From positions 40,500 to 104,499 of IMG/VR virus record IMGVR_UViG_3300036770_000877: DNA of 64,000 nucleotides, one strand, 5' to 3'. Within the stretch, counting starts at the first letter, position 1; the number at the start of each line of letters is the position of its first letter. The position numbers and the translations under genes were made by a program. The notes beneath the pieces were generated by a model. That model did no database searches, was not told the DNA's origin, and saw only the letters and a list, made by a program, of their open reading frames with translations. This DNA comes from a virus. Shown piece after piece: positions 39,830 to 46,411 of this stretch.

Positions 39830-40038
39830 TGGACTACTTATACTCGCTAACTATCTCCTATGACGGAGAATTGGTTTCAACAACCCGCTCATCGGATTTG
39901 CTAGAAATAGTAAATGCGTGGAATAAATGCGTGGACTTTGGAGATGCTAAAGAATACGCAACCTACAATTTATCAGACCCTAGTGGTAAGATGTATACCA
40001 AGAATTTCTACAGAAATGGAGTAGTAAATGGGAAGTAA
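39829..40038 (+). CDS. Early hypothetical protein
   Basis: Start reassigned to the ATG at the TAATG overlap. Confidence 0.65.
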   Translation: MDYLYSLTISYDGELVSTTRSSDLLEIVNAWNKCVDFGDAKEYATYNLSDPSGKMYTKNFYRNGVVNGK

Positions 40039-40306
40039 TCTATCAACCGAACTATCAAGTGGGCTATTGGATTTGGATTTGGAGCAACAGATAACTATTC
40101 AGTTGCGTTCTAATCATTACCCGCCCGTTCCGTATTCAATGGTTTCAGTTTGTATTGAAGCGATTGACGCATACAACGAAGGCGAACACAATAAAGAAAT
40201 AACTTTGCCTGAAGGCGTAAGTTGGCGTGGAAAAAATTCTGCACCTGCTTATTCAATTATTGACGGGCACCACTTGTGGGATTGGATTATCGAAAGCGAA
40301 TTGTGA
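40028..40306 (+). CDS. Early hypothetical protein
   Basis: QLRSNHYPPVP...HHL motif. Confidence 0.7.
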   Translation: MGSNLSTELSSGLLDLDLEQQITIQLRSNHYPPVPYSMVSVCIEAIDAYNEGEHNKEITLPEGVSWRGKNSAPAYSIIDGHHLWDWIIESEL

Positions 40307-40343
40307 TCTAAATCATAAAAGCTGCGGCGTGTCGACTTGACAA

Positions 40344-40367
40344 CGACACGCCCGACAGCGGCGGGCC
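40344..40367 (+). repeat. 24-bp GC-rich repeat, copy 4
   Basis: Exact copy. Confidence 0.95.
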
Positions 40368-40448
40368 TCAAATGTCCGATTTATGAGCTTTAAGTAGAAA
40401 CGCCGAAATTTTGTGGAATGTCAGTGGGTTATGCTAGACTAGTTTATT

Positions 40449-40583
40449 ATGAGAAAGAAAACGACTGAGGAATTACGGCGACTAATGGAGTTGCGCCGTA
40501 GTAATGCAGCCACGCCTGTAAAAAATAAAAAGGCGTATTCTCGCAAGCGCAAGCATAAATGTCGCCCCTATGGTGTAGAATAA
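40449..40583 (+). CDS. Basic 44-aa peptide with ArfA-like motif
   Basis: Near-leaderless after the promoter at 40419; KNKKAYSRKRKHK. Confidence 0.55.
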   Translation: MRKKTTEELRRLMELRRSNAATPVKNKKAYSRKRKHKCRPYGVE

Positions 40584-40605
40584 AATAAAGAAAGAAAGGT
40601 GCCCC

Positions 40606-41325
40606 ATGAAACTAAAACGCTCTAATGATAGAAAGGTTGCAAATGCAGTCTCAAGAAATGGAAAAACCCCAACAATTGCCAACACTTTTGGATTGCCTGC
40701 TGGAAAAGACTTCTCGTGTCCTGGTGCCACTAGTGTTTGTGAAAGCGTTTGCTATGCAGGAAAACTCGAAAGAGTATACAAGGGAGTAAAGGCTGTCCTG
40801 CTGCATAACTGGGAACTCCTACGCAATGCAGATATGGAAACAATGTCTCTATTGATTGATGAGATGATTGTTGACTTTGTTGCAGATTGTGAGAAAAAGT
40901 CTGCAGATAAATTATTCCGTATCCACTGGGACGGTGATTTCTTCAATGACACTTACGCATACGCATGGAAGGCTGTTATTGCTAATCATCCCGACGTACA
41001 ATTTTGGGTATACACTCGTGTAAAGTCTGCTGCTCTAATTCTAAAAGATATTCCTAACCTATCACTCTATTATTCTACTGATGATGAGAATAAAGAAATT
41101 GCTCATGAACTAAAACTAAATGACGGTATTCGCCTTGCTTATCTAGGAAAAACTTTCGCTGTCACCGAAGACAAAATGAAAGAACTAACTGGCAAGCCTG
41201 GTGCAAAATGCCCTGAGAATGCAAAACGTATTCCGTTGATTTCAACTAACGGTAGCGCATGCGTGTCATGCGGTCTATGCGTTTATGGTAAAGCAGATAT
41301 TCGATTTAGCGCAACTAAAAAATAA
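40606..41325 (+). CDS. GP88-family (radical-SAM-like Fe-S) phage protein
   Basis: FGLPAG..SCPGAT.VC..VCYA, FRIHWDGDFF, FWVYTR, C-terminal CVSCGLC. Confidence 0.75.
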   Translation: MKLKRSNDRKVANAVSRNGKTPTIANTFGLPAGKDFSCPGATSVCESVCYAGKLERVYKGVKAVLLHNWELLRNADMETMSLLIDEMIVDFVADCEKKSADKLFRIHWDGDFFNDTYAYAWKAVIANHPDVQFWVYTRVKSAALILKDIPNLSLYYSTDDENKEIAHELKLNDGIRLAYLGKTFAVTEDKMKELTGKPGAKCPENAKRIPLISTNGSACVSCGLCVYGKADIRFSATKK

Positions 41326-41333
41326 GGAGAAAA

Positions 41334-41447
41334 ATGAAACTATACAATGCATACATGGCCCTGTACTTAGGAAATGAAGAACAACAACAAGCTGCACAAG
41401 AATATCTCGACTCCTTGGAAGAATTAAAAGAAGAGGACCAGGAGTAA
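41334..41447 (+). CDS. Early acidic peptide (37 aa)
   Basis: AAGGAG RBS. Confidence 0.5.
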   Translation: MKLYNAYMALYLGNEEQQQAAQEYLDSLEELKEEDQE

Positions 41448-41686
41448 TTGGGTTACGTATTTGTAGCTTTATCTGTTGGGATCTTCTTGGTCCCCGCCGC
41501 TATAGTTTATTTACTATATAAGAAAAGCTGAGGCCCGCCCCGCATAAAGCGATTTGTCAAATTACGACACTGTGATTTTTCCCACAAAAGTTTTTGAGAA
41601 AATGTCCGATTTGACCCATTTCTAAGTTGCGCTCTGTCGGTCTGAAATGCTAAACTATTATTACCAACAAACGAAAGGAAGCAAAA

Positions 41687-41836
41687 ATGGCTAAGACACC
41701 AAAAATCGGTGAAACCATTACAACTGCTCAGAGCAAAGTTTCTGGCGTTGTAAAGGAAGTCGTAAAGAACCCATCTGGCTCGGTGCGTGTTCGTCTTGAT
41801 GTAGAGGGCGAAACTCGCTGGACTACTATCAAGTAG
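41687..41836 (+). CDS. Early small SH3/KOW-like beta protein (49 aa)
   Basis: Promoter at 41635, GAAAGGAA RBS; paralog of 42449..42631. Confidence 0.7.
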   Translation: MAKTPKIGETITTAQSKVSGVVKEVVKNPSGSVRVRLDVEGETRWTTIK

Positions 41837-41851
41837 TTTATCAGATAAAAC

Positions 41852-41882
41852 TGACCTGAGCAAGTCAATGCTAAACTGCTCA
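41852..41882 (+). ncRNA. Small H-type pseudoknot motif
   Basis: UGAC-CUGAGCAA-GUCA-AUGCUAAAC-UGCUCA; covarying copy at 33807-33778 (-). Confidence 0.6.
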
Positions 41883-41943
41883 CCAAGTTTATTCTGTCGG
41901 TGTGGTCTGATAGAATAGTAATACCAACTAAGAAAGGAAAAAA

Positions 41944-42366
41944 ATGGCAAGAAACGGCAAGGCGATAAATGTAAAAATCGCTACAACCAAAGTAATCAAG
42001 GCACTTGAGGGTGCGTTGGCTAAATTGGAAACTGAGTATGCTTCACAAGAAGCAAACGAGGCTAAGTATGAAAAGGCTCGTAAGGCTTGGGCTAAAGAAG
42101 TGGGTAAGTTAGCACTTGCTCAAATCTCAAAGGCAGAGAACCTAACTGCTTCTAAACGCTACAACAACGAGGTAAATGTTGATTTCAACTTACCTGCTGG
42201 AACTATCGTTCTACCTGATGAACCTAAAAAGGATTTCACCACAATGAACGAGTGGAACTATCGTGAGCAGAAAGAGGAAATTGAGAACGCTATTCGTATT
42301 CTCAAGATGACCGACGAGGAAGTCGTTTCCACTTCAACTTACAACGCTATCGCTAGATACTTGTAA
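41944..42366 (+). CDS. Early helical protein
   Basis: Promoter at 41895, AAGAAAGGAAAA RBS. Confidence 0.8.
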   Translation: MARNGKAINVKIATTKVIKALEGALAKLETEYASQEANEAKYEKARKAWAKEVGKLALAQISKAENLTASKRYNNEVNVDFNLPAGTIVLPDEPKKDFTTMNEWNYREQKEEIENAIRILKMTDEEVVSTSTYNAIARYL

Positions 42367-42448
42367 TCCTGATGGGGGAGGGGTGTTTGACCTCCCCCAC
42401 CAAATCTGATAAACTAAATATAAGCAAACAAAACGAAAGGAAAAACGA

Positions 42449-42631
42449 ATGTCCCCAGTATTCGGAAATAACAGCGATAGTTTCTATCGCAAGGGTGATG
42501 TATTCACAACTGGCAAGTCAGGTATCACAGGTCGCTTGGAGGAAATCGTATCAGTTAGACCAAATCTAACTAAGATTGCTCTACGCACACCTAACAACCA
42601 ACTTCGCTGGGCAATGGTAAAGATTGGCTAA
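42449..42631 (+). CDS. Early small SH3/KOW-like beta protein
   Basis: TTGACC-N17-TAAACT promoter (42387-42415), GAAAGGAAAA RBS. Confidence 0.7.
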   Translation: MSPVFGNNSDSFYRKGDVFTTGKSGITGRLEEIVSVRPNLTKIALRTPNNQLRWAMVKIG

Positions 42632-42797
42632 TCGATAGCCGATAGAAACAGTGGCAGTTTCGGGAATGTTCTCGCCACATGTCTTAAGTAAGAATTCCCA
42701 CCAAATTTCCCCTGGATGATCATGCGGAGTACAAAACAAAAATAGTAGACTCGTCAGAAGACGTCCAGGGGCCCAATTGGGCCACGGTCCATTCGAA

Positions 42798-42837
42798 TGC
42801 AGTCAGCTTGGTTACCTTTCTTTCCAGGCTGGCTGCA
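42798..42837 (+). ncRNA. Hairpin with anti-SD loop UUACCUUUCUUU
   Basis: 14-bp stem with two G-U pairs (plus strand favoured). Confidence 0.6.
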
Positions 42838-42989
42838 AGGCCCGCCCCGCCAAACCACGCTTGTCAAGTTACGACGATGTGATTTTGCCCACTAAAAAAT
42901 GTCCGAATTGCCCTAGTTTGCCAATCTAACTAGACATAGCCCACCTATGTATGCTAGACTTGATAAGTATCCAATAGAAAGGAAAAAAA

Positions 42990-44021
42990 ATGGCTACAAA
43001 TCTCGCTCATAAGCAAGAAGTAGAAAACGGCGATGTGTCGTTTGCTCTTGTTGATTCCCGCTCAAATCCTGCTTGGCACTCTTTTGCCAATAAGGTGTTC
43101 GATTCAGATTCAGGAGATGTTTCAATCTCCGACATAATGAATGGTGCTAAACTATCCAACTGGAATGTCCGTCTTGAAGATGTTGCGCCTCTTGCGCCAC
43201 AACACAATTTCATTACTGATTCATTCCTTGTTGTTCGTGATAACCCAATGACCGATGGTGCTACTGATGTGCTATCTGTTGTCGGTTCTCGCTATAAGGT
43301 TGTTCAGAATGAAGAACTATTCTCATTCGCTGAAAATCTCCACGATGGAAATCCTGATGTAAAGGTTGATTCTGCTGGTTCTCTAAAGCAGGGTCGCATT
43401 GTTTATGGTTCTTGGTCTTTGCCAAATGAACTAATCATTGACCCAAAGGGTGTTGCTGATAAGACAAAACTTTATCTTATCGTTTGGACATCTCACGATG
43501 GTTCTGTTGCTGTTCAAGCAGCAATCACACCTGTTCGTGTTCGTTGCCAAAACACTCTAAACCTTGCGATGAAATCTGCTAAGCAATCTTTCAAGATTCG
43601 CCACACGCAGACCGCAGATGGAAAGATTCTCGCTGCTCGTGAGGCTCTTGGTTTATCTGTTGCTTACTTTGACCAATTCTCAAAGCAGGCTAATGAACTT
43701 TATCAGGCTTCTATTACCGATAAGCAGTTTTCTGACCTTATCCGTAATCTTTACCCAAAGCCTGAAAAAGACGCTAAGGGTGCGTTGAAGAAGTGGGAAA
43801 ATAAGGTTGTCTTGATTGACGAACTTTATCATAACTCACCAACTAACGCAGGAATCAAAGGCACAAAGTGGGGTGCGCTAAATGCTCTAACTGAGCGTTT
43901 GGATTATTTCCGTTCTGCTCGTAAGGGTAATACGGAATCTCTTTCCGCTTCCGCTTCAGGTTTTGACCCTGTTATCACCGCAGAGAAAAATAAAATTCTC
44001 AAAGCGGTTGTCGCATTGTAA
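42990..44021 (+). CDS. DUF932 / phage-plasmid-like protein (TIGR03299 type)
   Basis: PAWH, VGSRYKVVQNEELF, AGSLKQG, TSHDGS, TPVRVRCQNTL, IRHT, GTKWGALNA. Confidence 0.88.
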   Translation: MATNLAHKQEVENGDVSFALVDSRSNPAWHSFANKVFDSDSGDVSISDIMNGAKLSNWNVRLEDVAPLAPQHNFITDSFLVVRDNPMTDGATDVLSVVGSRYKVVQNEELFSFAENLHDGNPDVKVDSAGSLKQGRIVYGSWSLPNELIIDPKGVADKTKLYLIVWTSHDGSVAVQAAITPVRVRCQNTLNLAMKSAKQSFKIRHTQTADGKILAAREALGLSVAYFDQFSKQANELYQASITDKQFSDLIRNLYPKPEKDAKGALKKWENKVVLIDELYHNSPTNAGIKGTKWGALNALTERLDYFRSARKGNTESLSASASGFDPVITAEKNKILKAVVAL

Positions 44022-44030
44022 AATGCTACG

Positions 44031-44060
44031 GGGGCGCAGAAATGCGCCCCCTATTTTTTT
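44031..44060 (+). terminator. Intrinsic terminator
   Basis: GGGGCGCA-GAAA-TGCGCCCC plus T-tract. Confidence 0.8.
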
Positions 44061-44215
44061 GATCTAAAGCTCGGCGTGTTGATTTGACAAAACAAGTTTT
44101 GCGGGGCGGGTCTGACTGTTTATTTTATCATTACGTCACAAGTTAAAAATGCCCTGGAATTTGCAGGATGTCAGTCCCATGGTGTAGTATTGTATTAAGG
44201 ATAGAAAGGTAGATT

Positions 44216-44425
44216 ATGAGTTGGCAATTAGAAGCCAGTTGCAGCGAGGACCAGCATGACTTGTTTTTCTCGCAGGCTAAAGGTAAAATGGATAGAGCAA
44301 TACAAATTTGTGGCTCGTGCTCTGTAAAGGGTGAGTGTCTTAAGTTTGCTATTGATGAAAAAGTAGAGTTCGGCATATTCGGTGGTCTCACACCGCAAGA
44401 GAGGAAAAAGAAATGGCTGATATGA
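44216..44425 (+). CDS. whiB: WhiB-family transcriptional regulator
   Basis: W..EASC...DLFF...ICGSCSVKGECL...FGIFGGLTPQERK. Confidence 0.9.
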   Translation: MSWQLEASCSEDQHDLFFSQAKGKMDRAIQICGSCSVKGECLKFAIDEKVEFGIFGGLTPQERKKKWLI

Positions 44426-44646
44426 CAGACGACCTATTCTCAGATAGAATAGGAGAACATATTTTAGGTGCTATTCAAGTAGATATCGAAGAGCAACTAT
44501 TTGAAGATTGGAATAACTCTAATCTAGATGAAGGCAATCTTTATGCAGAATGGAGATTTTTTGAATTCGCTACACCTGAAATCAAGAAACAATACAACGA
44601 GCACTACGGATATACAGAAGAGGATGAGTATTACTTATCATGCTAG
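44413..44646 (+). CDS. Acidic hypothetical protein
   Basis: ORF track. Confidence 0.65.
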   Translation: MADMTDDLFSDRIGEHILGAIQVDIEEQLFEDWNNSNLDEGNLYAEWRFFEFATPEIKKQYNEHYGYTEEDEYYLSC

Positions 44647-44813
44647 GTTATACTGCAGATGATGTTGAACGTATGATTAATGCGGTTCATGATTCTAAAT
44701 TATTTTATCTTAGATACCCGTCAGACTTAATTGATAAGTCACAGTTACGTGCAGATCTAGAAGATACGGTCAGCTTTTTACAAGGTGTACTAGCCGAGGG
44801 GCACGTCCAATGA
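44640..44813 (+). CDS. Hypothetical protein (57 aa)
   Basis: MLGYTADDVERM..., overlaps the upstream stop. Confidence 0.55.
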   Translation: MLGYTADDVERMINAVHDSKLFYLRYPSDLIDKSQLRADLEDTVSFLQGVLAEGHVQ

Positions 44814-45072
44814 GCACTAGACATAAACAGTGTACACAATGCTATAATGGAAAGTATTACTTTTACAATGGTAAAGACGAACTAGTCGCTATCCCGTGCC
44901 CATTTTGCTAGGAGATAAAATGAGTAAAGAGTTTAAAGAACTTGTTGGAAAAGGCATTCTAGGTTTTTTGGGCCTAGGTGCCATAGTTATATACGTTATC
45001 TACAAAATATTTGTGGCCTAAGTCACACCTATATTCGTTGAATTTGTCCCCGTTAACTGTTAGGATAGATAT

Positions 45073-45282
45073 ATGGAAAAACTAATAGAATATATGAATA
45101 TACATCTTGTCAGTCTTCTGCAAGATTTAGAATCTTTGGAAGAACAAATGGAGCGATTGGATATGAACTCTAAGGACTTTATTGAGTTAGACTTTGAATT
45201 CAATAATATCTCAGGGCAAACCATTGCTACCCGCCACCTAATGTCAGTTGCTCGTGATATCCTAGAAGAACAGAAAGGATAA
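45073..45282 (+). CDS. Acidic helical hypothetical protein
   Basis: Leaderless after the promoter at 45045. Confidence 0.65.
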   Translation: MEKLIEYMNIHLVSLLQDLESLEEQMERLDMNSKDFIELDFEFNNISGQTIATRHLMSVARDILEEQKG

Positions 45283-45284
45283 CA

Positions 45285-45566
45285 ATGATTGAATCAGCCG
45301 AGGCTATCGAACCACGCTTACAGAAACTAGTTGATTTGGGTTGCACTGGTATTGACATAATGCACGGGGAACTCAAGAATCTTATGCTTGAAGCAGAGCA
45401 GGAATATTCTAACTATGTAAAGATTGAAGAAGAAACTGACTATGATGACGCTATGGATTCTATGGAGCGTAAATATTGGGAGGGCATGCTAGACGCATAC
45501 TCCCACATGTATAAAATGACCTACGACCTATCGTTTGCTATTAGTGCTAAGGAGGCAGGAGAATGA
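45285..45566 (+). CDS. Acidic hypothetical protein
   Basis: AGAAAGGA RBS. Confidence 0.7.
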   Translation: MIESAEAIEPRLQKLVDLGCTGIDIMHGELKNLMLEAEQEYSNYVKIEEETDYDDAMDSMERKYWEGMLDAYSHMYKMTYDLSFAISAKEAGE

Positions 45567-45862
45567 AGGCAGGAGACAAAGACAAACTAAATAAATGTTT
45601 AGAGATTCTAGATACAACTGACCTAGGCCTATCATTAGTTTGGCTATGGACATGGAGTACTATCAAGAACTTTATGGAAGATGAAACATTTATCATGAAG
45701 AAAACTGAAGATGAAATGTGGGATTGTCTATGTGAGGCTGTTGAGGCTGGACATGGATTTTCTTTGGAGTATGGAGCAGAACAACATCATGACGACGTAA
45801 TGGAATGGATGTTAAATCGGGAGTACATGGTAGATTCCATGTTTGAAGAGGAAGAGGAATAA
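45563..45862 (+). CDS. Acidic hypothetical protein
   Basis: ORF track. Confidence 0.7.
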   Translation: MKAGDKDKLNKCLEILDTTDLGLSLVWLWTWSTIKNFMEDETFIMKKTEDEMWDCLCEAVEAGHGFSLEYGAEQHHDDVMEWMLNREYMVDSMFEEEEE

Positions 45863-46086
45863 TGTATCACAAACCAATGCTTGAAATACTTGAAGTAGAA
45901 TACTCAGTTTCCCCTGGTGGTGTAGATGAGTTTGAGGTTTATTCATTACATGAAGAAGATGTTATGAATCCCCCGCTATTTACTACCACCGATCTTTTGG
46001 AAGCAGTTCAATTCTGTTATAGTTTAGGAAAAGATTTTGTTGTGCGAACATTAGCAGAGTGGGAAGAAAGACAAATGCTTATCTAA
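45862..46086 (+). CDS. Acidic hypothetical protein
   Basis: ORF track. Confidence 0.65.
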   Translation: MYHKPMLEILEVEYSVSPGGVDEFEVYSLHEEDVMNPPLFTTTDLLEAVQFCYSLGKDFVVRTLAEWEERQMLI

Positions 46087-46167
46087 AGCTGGCGGGTCGG
46101 GTCTGTCTCAAAATATGGACATTACGTACAACTTGAAAAATGCCCTGGAATCCTGTATTATTAAGAT

Positions 46168-46359
46168 ATGACTGAAACAACCCTGGAATATGTGTTAACA
46201 AATAATGATAGATGTGACCGTTGTTCTGCCCAAGCTTTATATTTATGCAAAGGTATTACGGGTGAGCTAATGTTTTGCGGTCACCATTTCAATTCAAATA
46301 AAGAATCATTAACTAACTGGGCTTACGAGATCGTAGACGAGTCCTCTAAAATTTCTTGA
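46168..46359 (+). CDS. Small actinobacterial-type Zn-binding protein
   Basis: DRCDRCSAQA...LMFCGHH. Confidence 0.7.
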   Translation: MTETTLEYVLTNNDRCDRCSAQALYLCKGITGELMFCGHHFNSNKESLTNWAYEIVDESSKIS

Positions 46360-46411
46360 CAATCCGCCCTGAATTTTCTATAATTAATATATAGACAGAA
46401 AGGAGATGCAA

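Larger units (their letters stand above)
35646..42893. promoter_or_regulatory. Twelve CRP/GlxR-type boxes (TGTGA-N6-TCACA)
   Basis: Perfect at 35646, 37751, 38075, 39182; 1-2 mismatches at 36194, 37018, 37126, 37718, 37735, 40302, 41571, 42878. Confidence 0.8.
35614..42909 (+). repeat. Dispersed TGTCCGATTT motif, often in 9-bp tandem phase
   Basis: Copies at 35614, 35678, 37150, 37768, 39132, 39151, 40373, 41603, 42900. Confidence 0.85.
35710..45263 (+). promoter_or_regulatory. Family of early promoters TGTCRG-N10-TAnnnT (PafBC/RecA-NDp type)
   Basis: Starts at 35710, 36238, 36576, 37181, 37800, 38119, 39246, 39511, 40419, 41635, 41895, 44169, 45242; variants at 40560 (TGTCGC) and 45045 (TGTCCC); spacing invariant. 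Confidence 0.85.

Noticed and set aside
37066-40367. 24-bp repeats as a CRISPR array
   Set aside because: Copies are 0.6-1.5 kb apart with genes between them; there are no regular spacers and no cas genes
35600-46100. Integron-like cassette array
   Set aside because: No attC-type RYYYAAC/GTTRRRY ends and no integrase seen; each module carries its own promoter
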